A DNA stretch of 63,920 nucleotides, the filler included, from Octopus bimaculoides (Eukaryota), in the NCBI RefSeq assembly GCF_001194135.2. It is 5 parts of 5 records of this genome, joined end to end, with 100 filler letters (N's around TTAATTAATTAA, not from the genome) between each part and the next. Parts side by side here need not be neighbours in the genome. Positions count along the whole stretch, not along the records: positions 29,568 to 56,520 come from NC_069000.1; 4 more parts are not named here. One strand, 5' to 3'. The notes beneath the pieces were generated by a model. It had not been told where the DNA came from, made no database searches, and saw only the letters and a list, made by a program, of their open reading frames with translations. The position numbers were made by a program, and so were the translations under genes. The first letter of the stretch is position 1. Each line of letters starts with the position of its first letter. Shown here piece by piece: positions 39,430-51,708 of this stretch.

Positions 39430-39640
39430 GTAAAGCGGCGAATCTTTAAGCACGCCAGGCAAAATGCCTAGCGGCATTTCGTCCGGTCTTTACGTTCTGA
39501 ATTCAAATTCCGCCAAGGTCGACCTTGCCTTTCATCCTTTCATCCTAAAATAGGTACCAGTTGAGCAATGGAGTCGATGTAATCGACTTACCCCCTCCCC
39601 TGAGCTTGTTGGCCTCGTGCCCAAAATTTGAAACTAATAT
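39430..39640 (+). mobile_element. SINE family A, diverged
   Basis: AAAGCGGCGAATC...GTTCTGAATTCAAATTCCGCCAAGGTCGAC... Confidence 0.7.
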
Positions 39641-40321
39641 TTGTGTTTTGCATGCGGAGAAGAATACTTGTGTAACCCAAGTAAGGAAATTAAAGCGTGT
39701 ACGCGAACAAAGCAAAGAATTTAAATTAAAAAAAACAAACAAACAAAAAGGCATGTAATATAAGCAAATGAAGAAAGTAAAAACAAAAATGAGAATATTC
39801 ATTGCTAGACATAGCAGTTACAAAAAAGAATCAAACATGAGAAATTAGAAATAACAGTGAAATATCCATTTTTTGTTGTTGCTGTTTTGCTTAGTAAAAA
39901 AATGTCTTTCTAGCAATGGAAAAAGATCGTCTTAGTAAAAAGTGTTACCAAGTAAAAAGATTTGCAGAAAGTTTAAGAAGTTGCTTTGTGTGTGTGTGTG
40001 TGTGTGTGGGTGTGTGGGTGTGTTTTCGTGCATTTTTTTCTTCTTTTTTGTTGTGCTTACTCGGAAGTTTCTGCTGAAAGCTCTAAGGCAGCACACTCTC
40101 TGGATATATGACGTCATAAAGAGTTGGATGTCACAAGATTCGTGCTGCGTGATGCAGCTGTGTTGTCTGTCAAGGTGAGTCACCAGTTTAACAATAATAA
40201 TAATAATAATAACGTCACCAACTTAACACTAGGAAATAAGGTATGCTGGGAAAGTGGTTGGATAAGAAGAGTAATTGTCCCTTTTCAATACATCATATGT
40301 TTTACTTCTTAAAAACTTGTG

Positions 40322-40540
40322 AGGTGGTGAGTTGGCAGAATCGTTAGCACATCGGACAAAATGCTAAGCGGCTTTCGTCCATCTTTACGTTCTGAGTTTC
40401 AAGTTCCACTGAGATCGACTTCACCTTTAATCCCCTCGAGGCTCGATAAACTTAGTATCCGTTGCGTATTGGGGTCAATGTAATCGACTTACCCGCTCGC
40501 CCGAACTTACTGGCCTCGTAACAAGATTTGAAACCATTAT
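40322..40540 (+). mobile_element. SINE family A, diverged
   Basis: GAGGTGGTGAGTTGGCAGAATCGTTAGCAC...GTTCTGAGTTTCAAG... Confidence 0.7.
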
Positions 40541-41589
40541 TAAAAGCTTGTATTGAACACAACAGTCCACAGAAAAAGGAAAAAGAATAATGTCAGAAAG
40601 TTCGGATCTTAGTTGTGACTTTGTTAGACACTTTCTATGGCCGTGGGTTGATGAGAGACAGAAACAGACAGGCAAAGCGATAGAGAAAGAGAGAGAGAAA
40701 AAAAGAGAGAGAGCCAGAGAGACAGACAAACAGACAGTGAAAGAAGGAAAGGGAGAGAAAAGGAGAATGGATATGAGTGTCAATAGCCTTAGCGTAGCCC
40801 TATGCTAGTTGGAGATAGGTCTCTTCATGTTTTAGACTCTTCCAATTTGAGGTATGAGACGTTTTGACATGCCTTTTTGGTGCCACTTGCTAAGTGTCGC
40901 AGATTCAACGCTGACTTATTTGACTTCAGAATTTTTTATGTTCCTTCAATTTCTCTCTCCCTCTCTCTCTCTCTCTTTCCCAATCTCACTCACTGTTTAT
41001 GTGTGAGCATCTAGTGAGTGTAATCCATCTATCCTTATATCTCTCTCAAACCTTTTCGCGTGTTTGTGTTTGCCTCCAGTGCTAAAAAGTACTGCCGCCA
41101 AAATTGGTTGACTATCCAGTCAGCCGTACAAAATCATTAGTGTCCCAGCAGCAGCGCCAAATCGTCTTAATCCACGAAATTTGATGAGCCCGGCCGCTAT
41201 TCACTATCAGCCGATGTTGACATCAGCTGATAGTGAATAACGACTGATGTGAACAAAAGACTGTATTCTGTTCTCTGTTCTTTGTTAGTTGCTTTGTCAC
41301 CCTCTGTCTGTGACAGCCTGTTTATTTGTCATTCGCTCTTGCTTTTTATACTAATGAAATCAATGAGCTATCAACAATTTTTAGTCAATAATTTTGCTGA
41401 TGTCAGTCAATGAATTTCATGTCAAATTGTTGAGTGTCGTTGGTTAGTTTTTTTTATAACGTCATCATCATTCGATATGGATTATGAAAGAATCAATGTC
41501 ATTTGTCTTCTATACGCTTCTTGTTATTTGCTTCAAGTATGAACTTGTATTCTCGGCTGCACTAATTTATTCATTTCACCAACCTCCAA

Positions 41590-42760
41590 AGGATAAAAAG
41601 CAAAGACGATCTCGTCGGAATTTGAACTCAGAAAGGTCTGCCTTAGTAATAATAATAATAATTCTTTCTATTATAAACACAAGGCCTGGAATTTGTGGGA
41701 GGGGGATAGTCGATTACATCGACCCCCAGTGTTTCACTGGTACTTAATTTATCGACCCTGAAAGGATGTTCCGAGTTCAAATTCCGCCGAAGTTGACTTT
41801 GTCTTTCATCATTTCGGGGTCGACTAAATGAGTATCAGTTACGCACTGGGGTCGATGTAATCGACTTAATCTCTTCCATCAAATTTGTTGGCCTTGTGCT
41901 TCCAGTAGAAAGAATTATTTCTATTATTTAAAAGGTGGCGAGCTGGGTGAAATGCTTAGCAGTATTTTGTCTTGAGTACAAAATTCCGTCGAGGTCAACA
42001 TTGCCTTTCATCTTTCGGGGTCGATAAATTAAGTACCAGTTGAACACTGAGGTTGATGTGATCGACTAGTCCCCCCCCCTCCCCTCCAAATTTCAAGCCC
42101 TGTGCCTTTAGTAGAAAGGTTTATTATTAAGGTGGCGAGCTGGCAAAATCGTTAGTACGCCGGGCAAAATGTTTAGCGGCAATTCGTCCGTCTTTACGTT
42201 CTAAGTTCAAATTCCGCCGAGGTCGACTTTGCTTTTCATCCTTTCGGTGTTGATAAATTATGTACCAGTGAAACACTGGGGTCGATCNNNNNNNNNNNNN
42301 NNNNNNNNNNNNNNNNNNNNNNNNNNNNNNNNNNNNNNNNNNNNNNNNNNNNNNNNNNNNNNNNNNNNNNNNNNNNNNNNNNNNNNNNNNNNNNNNNNNN
42401 NNNNNNNNNNNNNNNNNNNNNNNNNNNNNNNNNNNNNNNNNNNNNNNNNNNNNNNNNNNNNNNNNNNNNNNNNNNNNNNNNNNNNNNNNNNNNNNNNNNN
42501 NNNNNNNNNNNNNNNNNNNNNNNNNNNNNNNNNNNNNNNNNNNNNNNNNNNNNNATAGTCGATTACATCGACCCCCAGTGTTTCACTGGTACTTAATTTA
42601 TCGACCCTGAAAGGATGTTCCGAGTTCAAATTCCGCCGAGGTCGACTTTGCTTTTCATCCTTTCGGTGTTGATAAATTATGTACCAGTGAAACACTGGGG
42701 TCGATCTAATTGACTAGACTCCTCCTCCAAAATTTCAGACCTTGGGTGTATAGTAGAAAG

Positions 42761-42798
<38 letters not shown>

Positions 42799-42980
42799 CA
42801 AACCTTTTAGCGTGCAAAACTAAACGCTAGTCCCTCTTCCTGACTTCAATTCCCGACATCCTTTCGAGGTCAATGAAATAAGTACCAGTCGTGTACTGAG
42901 GTCGATGTAATCGACTCATCCTCTATCTCACTCTCTCCCTTATTCAGAAATTGCTGGCTTCGTGCTAAAATTTGAAACCA
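41590..42980. mobile_element. Dense cluster of about 7 SINE family A copies or fragments in both orientations around an N gap
   Basis: Repeated GTTCAAATTCCGCCGAGGTCGAC and GTACCAGT...CACTGGGGTCGAT blocks. Confidence 0.85.
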
Positions 42981-43545
42981 GTATGTTTGAATTAAGGCAG
43001 CGATTAGTTATTAAAGTCATTGAAGTGTAGGATAGGGTACCTGTTGGTGTTTGTCCCGAATCACTGTAGTCTGAGTTCAAATCGCACCAGTGTCAACTTT
43101 ATCTTTTATGTTTCTTTTATTTTTCTTTCAGACTGCCGCCATCCTGGGACACTGCCTTGAAGAATTTTTAGTCGAATGACCAGTTCTGTTTTCCTTACTT
43201 TATTTTTTCTTTTTTTGTCCAGCTTGGTATTTATTCTATCGGTTTCTTTTGTCGAACCGTTAAGTTACGGGGGATATAAACACGCCAATACCGGTTGTCA
43301 AGCGGTAATGGGAAACAAACACAGACACAAAGACACACACACACACACACACAAGTAAATATTTAAGTGTTGGGTATGTTTCTCGTAATAAGCCGATGAA
43401 ACACGTTCACTTCCTATGGCTACCTGACATGCTCCGCGGTATTTACACAATTGTCGCTGGATCTACCTCAGGAATTCCTTAGCGTACGTTGAGTATAAAA
43501 CAAACGACAGAGACAGAAAATGGAATACACGGGGAACTTTATTGC

Positions 43546-43649
43546 TCACAACAACCGTTTCGACATATCCTGCATCGATCCCTCTAGGGTGTGAAACTAT
43601 ATATTTAGTTGTGGTGCATCGCTCGGAGCAGAAGCTCTTCGTCAGGTGA
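43546..43649 (-). ncRNA. Type I hammerhead-like motif with extended stem II (minus copy)
   Basis: Reverse strand reads UCAC-CUGACGA-A-GAGCUUCUGC...GCAGGAUAUGUC-GAA-AC(GGUU)GU-U-GUGA-GC-AAUAAA. Same length (104 nt) as the plus copy. Confidence 0.6.
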
Positions 43650-44066
43650 CGTAATAAGAGGTATCTCGTTAAATGGACTCTGTTACGCTCGGATTTAATG
43701 CAGCATGAGAGTCTGTAGGTTAAGGTTGATGGGCAGGAATGGTGGGGGACAGATTCTGTTACAGAGTTATAGATACAGACAGGGAGTAATTAAGAAAAAT
43801 AAGAAATATAAGTAGAATAAGGAGAATAAAACATACAATAAAGTAAAATATTAGGTGTATCTTTCTTCTACTTACCTTTCTTTTAACTTTCTTTCAAATT
43901 GTGGCCATGGTGGGGCATTGCCTTGAAGAATTTTTAGTGAACTGAATCGACACCAGTTCTTTTTCTGCCCATTCCTGCCCAACGGCTTAAGCCTATAGTC
44001 GCTAACATCATGCTGTGTCAAATCAGAGCGAAACAGAGTTCATTTAATGAGATACTTCTTATTACG

Positions 44067-44170
44067 TCACCTGACGAAGAGCTTCTGCCCCGAGCGATGC
44101 ACTACAACTAGTTGTATAGTTTCCCACTCGCGAGAGACCGACGCAGAATGTGTCGAAACGATTGTTGTGA
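44067..44170 (+). ncRNA. Type I hammerhead-like motif with extended stem II (plus copy)
   Basis: UCAC-CUGACGA-A-GAGCUUCUGC...GCAGAAUGUGUC-GAA-AC(GAUU)GU-U-GUGA, followed by AATAAA. Confidence 0.6.
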
Positions 44171-46266
44171 GCAATAAAATCTCCCGTGTATTCCATTTTC
44201 CGTCTCTATCATTTGTTATATATATTATGAGTAATCATGGAGGTGTGAGTTCGAGTCTCATAGCTGGCTGCCTACACTTTTTTCTGCAAAATAGTGGTAG
44301 CTTATCCTGTTCAGGCTATATTATTAGCATTATCCTGCGTTTGAGAATTTAAAATCACTTCTTTAACTTTCTAAGACATCTCAACGCTTCTAAAAGCNNN
44401 NNNNNNNTATAAATGCATACATACAAACATGACGGATTTCTTTCAGTTTCCGTCTACCTTTGGTCGGGCCGAAGCTATAGTATAAGATTTTGCAGATGCT
44501 GCGTAGTGGAACACATTCTAAATGACTTGAGATACTCGTTCTGCCTTGGCCTTGCTTTTTCTTCTAATATAATATGTACTTGCTATAACAGAACCCTAAT
44601 ACGGATCCCTAGATCCAGCCTCAGCTGTGAACTTGGAACCTATCGGACGACTAACTACAGCACTTACTCAGCGTACCTATTCGTTTAGATCACAAGTGAA
44701 CAAAACACTTCATACCCACCCTACTAACAGATATACGAGTGCATCTTTTCCCTGACGTATGGTCTCTTATACATCTCATGCGTGCGCGTGCGTGTGTGTA
44801 TGGGACATAATTATCTGATGAACCATTGTGGTTGCGCATCTAAATATATTTGGAACATTTACTGCTTGACTCCAGCCAAAATGGTGAAACCCGATGTTGA
44901 TTTATTTATGTCCCCACGATATAACAGTTCGGCAAAGAAATTTTAAGAAAAATAGTACTGGGGTCGATTTGTTTAACTAAATCCGTGAAGATGGTGGTAC
45001 AGCCTGAATGGTGTCCAACGACTGTAACAAGTGAAAAAGACACAGACACAATTATTTTAATGTCGATTATATTAACAAACGATCGGATATGACCCGCCGT
45101 TACAGACTATGTCCATTGCCGTACTCGTGTCATATGTGTCGTGCATATTATGAACTTAAGTCGAATGCAGCGAAGCAGTGTTATTGCGGAAGTTACGCGT
45201 ATAAAGGCTCTCGGGAGAGTAAATAAAAAGGTATTGTTATACCTGGGATATTTTGTTTGTTGGCACTCCGTCGCTTACGACATCGAGGGTTCCAGTTGAT
45301 CCGATCAACGGAACAGCCCGCTCGTGAAATTAACGTGCAAGTGGCTGAGGACTCCACAGACACGTGTATCCTTAACGTAGTTCTCGAGGATATTCAGCGT
45401 GACACAGTGTGACAAAGCTGACCCTTTGAATTACGGGTACAACAGAAACAGGAAGAAAGAGTGAGAGAAAGTTGTGGTGAAAAAGTACAGCAGGGTTCGC
45501 CACCATCCCCTGCCGGAGCCTTGTAGAGCTTTAGGTGTTTTCGCNNNNNNNNNNNNNNNNNNNNNNNNNNNNNNNNNNNNNNNNNNNNNNNNNNNNNNNN
45601 NNNNNNNNNNNNNNNNNNNNNNNNNNNNNNNNNNNNNNNNNNNNNNNNNNNNNNNNNNNNNNNNNNNNNNNNNNNNNNNNNNNNNNNNNNNNNNNNNNNN
45701 NNNNNNNNNNNNNNNNNNNNNNNNNNNNNNNNNNNNNNNNNNNNNNNNNNNNNNNNNNNNNNNNNNNNNNNNNNNNNNNNNNNNNNNNNNNNNNNNNNNN
45801 NNNNNNNNNNNNNNNNNNNNNNNNNNNNNNNNNNNNNNNNNNNNNNNNNNNNNNNNNNNNNNNNNNNNNNNNNNNNNNNNNNNNNNNNNNNNNNNNNNNN
45901 NNNNNNNNNNNNNNNNNNNNNNNNNNNNNNNNNNNNNNNNNNNNNNNNNNNNNNNNNNNNNNNNNNNNNNNNNNNNNNNNNNNNNNNNNNNNNNNNNNNN
46001 NNNNNNNNNNNNNNNNNNNNNNNNNNNNNNNNNNNNNNNNNNNNNNNNNNNNNNNNNNNNNNNNNNNNNNNNNNNNNNNNNNNNNNNNNNNNNNNNNNNN
46101 NNNNNNNNNNNNNNNNNNNNNNNNNNNNNNNNNNNNNNNNNNNNNNNNNNNNNNNNNNNNNNNNNNNNNNNNNNNNNNNNNNNNNNNNNNNNNNNNNNNN
46201 NNNNNNNNNNNNNNNNNNNNNNNNNNNNNNNNNNNNNNNNNNNNNNNNNNNNNNNNNNNNNNNNNN

Positions 46267-46302
<36 letters not shown>

Positions 46303-46804
46303 GATGGGTCTCCACACAATTTCTGTCTACCAAACTTCCTCGCAAAGCATTGCTCGGCCCGGGACTCTAGAAGTAGACTTTGCCCAAAGTGTCGCGCAGT
46401 GGGACTGAACCAAAGACCACCTTGTTTTAAGGCGATCATCTTAAACACACACCCTTCCCTGCGTGGGTAAAGAAAATCAATCACTTCTATTGATGTCAAT
46501 AGTGAAATTTATAATTGATTATTGAATCTATTATTGATATTTATTGCACATTTAAAATATTTATTGATAACGGATGTAAACTGCACTCAGGTATAGCAAG
46601 TCTCAGAGAATGAATGAATGATGGCAAATTAAATGGTAGAACAAATGTAACCCTGTGCGTAAATTTACCAACTGCCAGCAAATCATGACACAAGTTTTCT
46701 TATTCCTTGCAGATACAGAAGTCATCAAATAGTATCCAAGAATCAAACGGCTTTATCACCGAAAATACAACCCCAATTTTCTTGTCAGTTCCAAAACTTT
46801 TGAG

Positions 46805-47470
46805 TTACAGCCATCAACATTGACATGCTTTGGTAAGTATGGTGAGATTGTGGAAACGCTGGAGTGAAGACGTGTAGATGTGTTCTGTGTTGTGCTGTGT
46901 GCAAGAAGTAAGATGGAAAGGATCTTCAACAAACTCCTCACAGGCAAGAAATATAAATTCGTCTGGATGAGTAATAGTGATAACATGAGAAGGGTAGTCA
47001 TACTCTTAGCTGAGATATGGATAAAGTAATCGAGTAAGTCAGAGTGTGCGATAGAATAATTAAGATGAGACTCATTATTGACAATTCAGCAGTGTCTATC
47101 TCTGCATGCATCCTACAGGCAGGATTGATAGAAGACTGGACAGAGACGAGTGTATGTGTGCTGTGTGCAAGAGGTAAGACAAAAAGGATCCTCAGACAAA
47201 AGGATCCTCAGGCATATTGCTAACAAAGAAATGGATAGAAAAAGCAATTGAGATAGTCAAGATATGCGATAATTATGATTAAACTATTTATGGACAATTC
47301 AGCTATGAAGGTTATCTCTGCATATTCCCCATAAGCAGGATAGATATAAGAACTGAAGGACCACTTCTATGGGATCCTCCTCTAGAATAAATACTTCAAT
47401 GACGGTTGACAACGGCTTCAACATGTTCGTCAGCAAGATGATGAATGTGGTACAAGAAATGAAAACAATG
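46805..47470 (+). mobile_element. Decayed non-LTR retrotransposon AP-endonuclease region with partial internal duplication
   Basis: Across frameshifts reads GKYGEIVETLE*RRVDVFC..VQEVRWKG...ISAYSP*AGL, matching the N-terminal APE motifs. The CVQEV segment recurs near 47155-47180. Confidence 0.75.
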
Positions 47471-47488
47471 TAAGACTCCTAGAGTTCT

Positions 47489-47719
47489 TATTTCTTTATT
47501 GCCCACAAGGGGCTAAACATAGAGGGGACAAACAAGGACAGACAAAGGGATTAAGTCGATTACATTGACCCCAGTGCGCAATTGGTACTTAATTTATCGA
47601 CCCCGAAAGGAAGAAAGGCAAAGTCGACCTCGACGTGATTTGAACTCAGAACGTAACGGCAGACGAAATACCGCTATGCAATTCGCCCAGAGCGCTAACG
47701 TTTCTGCCAGCTCGCCGCC
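47489..47719 (-). mobile_element. SINE family A, full length, with 14-bp target-site duplication
   Basis: ACTCCTAGAGTTCT occurs at 47475-47488 and 47736-47749. Confidence 0.85.
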
Positions 47720-48887
47720 ATCATAGAACTCTAAAACTCCTAGAGTTCTATGATGCAACTGATTTCACAGTATATAATATACCTTTGAAGAAACCAACAA
47801 ACCAACCATATCATCGCTTATCGATCAGGCGAACGCTCGAGTCAGATTTCATTCTCAGCAGAAAACGAAACAGAAAAGGGCATTGTAACTACCGAAACCA
47901 GTCCTTGAGAAGAATGCACTATCTAACATTTGATCAGTGGCTAATGTAAGTTATATTGATTTTATATATAAATACATTGTGCTTTTCGTATGTGTATTTC
48001 GTGTGCAAGATTCTTGATGTGGATACGTGTGTTGAAAGAAATTCAATTAAACCTTGGGAGAGGCATATGAGCGTGCACACATACGAACTTGCACACACTC
48101 ACATGCTCATACCGAACAGTTTCGAAACAACGCCAGATCATACATTCAAAATAAATGGAAGTGGAGAGACAAGTTACTGAAGAGATTGCAAGAGTGCAAT
48201 GAAATAATTTAACAAAAAGCTATATAAATTAATAAAGGACTGAACCAGTGCGTGTGTTTATTACCGGCATAATGCCTCTCCCAAGGTTTAATTACATTGT
48301 GCTTTTCTTCTCCACAAAATATTTTAGGGTGATCGTTTCTTTCCCCGATGCTGTCATTCACTTTAAGTCACCATTAAAATTTCTGATACTCTTTTCACAG
48401 TGCACTCTCTGAAAACTACTTCTATCTCTGCAACTTCATTCTGGAAATGCCTTTAGAGTCTCCCTTTTTTTTCCTTACACCTTTCCCAGATTTCCTGATC
48501 TTACATACACGCATAACATTCTTTTTTTTTACTGGTTGTCCTATCTCCATCTATTATGGATCAATCAATTGCACGTATATGTCACTGCAAATAGATGACT
48601 ATCTGTGCATATGTCATAGCTCACAACCTCAAGCACTGTTTATTCTTCGTGATATTCATCACCTGTTCGAACACACCTTGTTTATTAATTAGTTACAGTA
48701 ACTGTTTATTAATTAGTTACTTTCTGTGATAGGTACAAAACCTGAAATTTTAAGGGAGGGGCCTAGTTGATTATATCGATCCGAGTACGCAAGTTTCCGA
48801 GGGAAAGGCAAAGGCCGATACAGCTTGGTACCTGTGACATCGCAACTCATTTCTACAGCTGGGTGAACTGGAGCAATATGAAATTCG

Positions 48888-49222
48888 ATCAACGGAACAA
48901 CCTACTCGTGAAATTAACGTGTAAGTGGTTGAGCACTCCACAGACACGTGTACCCTTAACGTAGTTCTCGGGGATATTCAGCGTGACACAATGTGACAAG
49001 GCTGACCCTTTGAATTACAGGCACAACAGAAACAGGAAGTAAGAGTGAGAGAAAGTTGTGGTGAAAGAGTACAGCAGGGTTCGCCACCATCCCCTGCCGG
49101 AGCCTCGTGGAGCTTTTAGGTGTTTTCGCTCAATAAACACTCACAAAGCTCGGTCTGGGAATCGAAACCGCGATCCTACGACCGCGAGTCCGCTGCCCTA
49201 ACCACTAGGCCATTGCACCTCC
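48888..49222 (-). mobile_element. tRNA(Arg-like)-derived SINE family C
   Basis: Minus head GGAGGTGCAATGGCCTAGTGGTTAGGGCAGCGGACTCGCGGTCGTAGGATCGCGGTTTCGATTCCCAGACC has A and B boxes and a TCG anticodon-like loop. Conserved body ...GAGAACTACGTTAAGGGTACACGTGTCTGTGGAGTG... Confidence 0.85.
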
Positions 49223-49852
49223 ACTCACAGTTAATAATTAACATCTTAAAACACTTTTGTTTTTTTACTAGTTACCTGTAATATATTTCAGTCATTGGAC
49301 AGCAGCCATGCTGGAGCACCGCCTTGGAAGATATTTCTAGTTGAACAAATCGATCCCAGTACTTGTGAATTTTTTTTTTAAGTCTAGTACTTGATCTATC
49401 GGTATATTTTGCCGAACAGCTAAGTCACGGGAACGTAATCAAACCAACACCGGCTGTAAAGCGGTAATGGGGAACAAACACAACACGAATACAGATACAC
49501 ATACAATCACAAACGATGGGTTTTACACAGTTTCCATCCACTAAATTCACTAACAAACCATCAGTCGGCCCTAGGCTATCGTAGAAGACGCTTGCGCAAC
49601 TACGAAATGCATCTATAAAAACATTCCAAAGAGATAAAGCAATAAGAATATATTTGGATTTATTTGGATTTATGAGATTATAGATAATCTAAATATCTTA
49701 ACTTTGTATGAAGTTCAAACTGAAAGAAGTAGATATTTTAATTAAGATTTTATTTTTATCAAATTTGAATAATTTACAGCAAAAATACAATTTAGCTAAA
49801 TCGTTATCATATTTATTAATATAATCAACTGATCATAATCGAATCATCATCG

Positions 49853-49921
<69 letters not shown>

Positions 49922-50806
49922 CCATATCATGTAATTTCATTCAATGTAAAATTAAATAAGAACTGAAACGTGCATTTTTTTTTTGCCACACTGCTTTTGT
50001 TCTGTTCAAAAAGTCGGAGGGTGGGGNNNNNNNNNNNNNNNNNNNNNNNNNNNNNNNNNNNNNNNNNNNNNNNNNNNNNNNNNNNNNNNNNNNNNNNNNN
50101 NNNNNNNNNNNNNNNNNNNNNNNNNNNNNNNNNNNNNNNNNNNNNNNNNNNNNNNNNNNNNNNNNNNNNNNNNNNNNNNNNNNNNNNNNNNNNNNNNNNN
50201 NNNNNNNNNNNNNNNNNNNNNNNNNNNNNNNNNNNNNNNNNNNNNNNNNNNNNNNNNNNNNNNNNNNNNNNNNNNNNNNNNNNNNNNNNNNNNNNNNNNN
50301 NNNNNNNNNNNNNNNNNNNNNNNNNNNNNNNNNNNNNNNNNNNNNNNNNNNNNNNNNNNNNNNNNNNNNNNNNNNNNNNNNNNNNNNNNNNNNNNNNNNN
50401 NNNNNNNNNNNNNNNNNNNNNNNNNNNNNNNNNNNNNNNNNNNNNNNNNNNNNNNNNNNNNNNNNNNNNNNNNNNNNNNNNNNNNNNNNNNNNNNNNNNN
50501 NNNNNNNNNNNNNNNNNNNNNNNNNNNNNNNNNNNNNNNNNNNNNNNNNNNNNNNNNNNNNNNNNNNNNNNNNNNNNNNNNNNNNNNNNNNNNNNNNNNN
50601 NNNNNNNNNNNNNNNNNNNNNNNNNNNNNNNNNNNNNNNNNNNNNNNNNNNNNNNNNNNNNNNNNNNNNNNNNNNNNNNNNNNNNNNNNNNNNNNNNNNN
50701 NNNNNNNNNNNNNNNNNNNNNNNNNNNNNNNNNNNNNNNNNNNNNNNNNNNNNNNNNNNNNNNNNNNNNNNNNNNNNNNNNGAAGAAGAAGAAGAAGAAG
50801 AAGAAG

Positions 50807-50865
<59 letters not shown>

Positions 50866-51676
50866 GTAGTAGAAGAAGAAGAAGAAGAAGAAGAAGAAGA
50901 CGATGATGATGATGCTGACGGGAAAATAAAGAATGAAAATGAAAAATCGAAATAAATATAAAAATAAACATTACATTCACATACTCACTTACACACAAAT
51001 ATATAAATCTTATTACGTCAACATGTGTGTGTGTGTTTGTGGGGGATTGTTGACACCATAAAAATGTGTAAACTTTTGAGAGAACGGGAAATTATTCTTT
51101 TGTGGGGTGCGATGGGGAAGTGGATCTCCAAACGCATATAAATGCTAAAAATAGTATGTAAATATTGAGTTGAGAAAAGTTCCTTTGATAATAAGCATTA
51201 CATTCGCACACGCGTAGAAACATAAATACATACATACAAACATATGTCTTATGACGTCAACAATACATATATATATNNNNNNNNNNNNNNNNNNNNNNNN
51301 NNNNNNNNNNNNNNNNNNNNNNNNNNNNNNNNNNNNNNNNNNNNNNNNNNNNNNNNNNNNNNNNNNNNNNNNNNNNGTCCATTTTTTCCTGTCTTGGTTT
51401 GTGTTTGCCACCTTGTAATCCTCTGTCTAGTGGGTCGATCCACTACTCAGGAAGAGACTATTCTAGAGTTCCTTCTGCCTTATCTTCGAAACGCCTAGTT
51501 AGAATAGAGGCAGCTGATGAAGGAATAGTTCCAAGTGGCTATCTCTTTTCCTATGTGTTCGTTCCGTTGTCTGTAGTTCATTTTTTCTAACGTCCTGTAC
51601 CCTGATATGCATCTATATACACATGTAGATGTAAGTATGTACATATATGTGTGTATACATGCATATATATTCTTTG

Positions 51677-51701
<25 letters not shown>

Positions 51702-51708
<7 letters not shown>

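Larger units (their letters stand above)
43499..44217. repeat. Inverted repeat with ~250-bp arms (43499-43745 and 43962-44217), probable Penelope-like terminal repeats
   Basis: Arms align by eye over their whole length, e.g. GAGATACCTCTTATTACGTCACCTGACGAAGAGCTTCTGC vs GAGATACTTCTTATTACGTCACCTGACGAAGAGCTTCTGC. Confidence 0.8.

Noticed and set aside
46713-46832. Apparently perfect exon (TTCCTTGCAG|...TTTG|GTAAGT)
   Set aside because: All three frames contain stops, and the donor lies inside the decayed LINE endonuclease sequence. A non-coding exonised use cannot be excluded.
49150-49222. tRNA-Arg(TCG)-like sequence (also 53570-53641, 14677-14728, 8775-8835)
   Set aside because: These are continuous with SINE bodies or are truncated heads, with no complete acceptor stem. 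They are SINE heads, not tRNA genes.
51440-51535. Two hammerhead-like fragments (ACTA-CTCAGGA...TCTTC-GAAACGCC-TAGT and CTGATGA-A-GGAA/TTCC)
   Set aside because: The first has two core substitutions and an overlapping stem II, and the second lacks GAAA. At best this is a heavily decayed relic.
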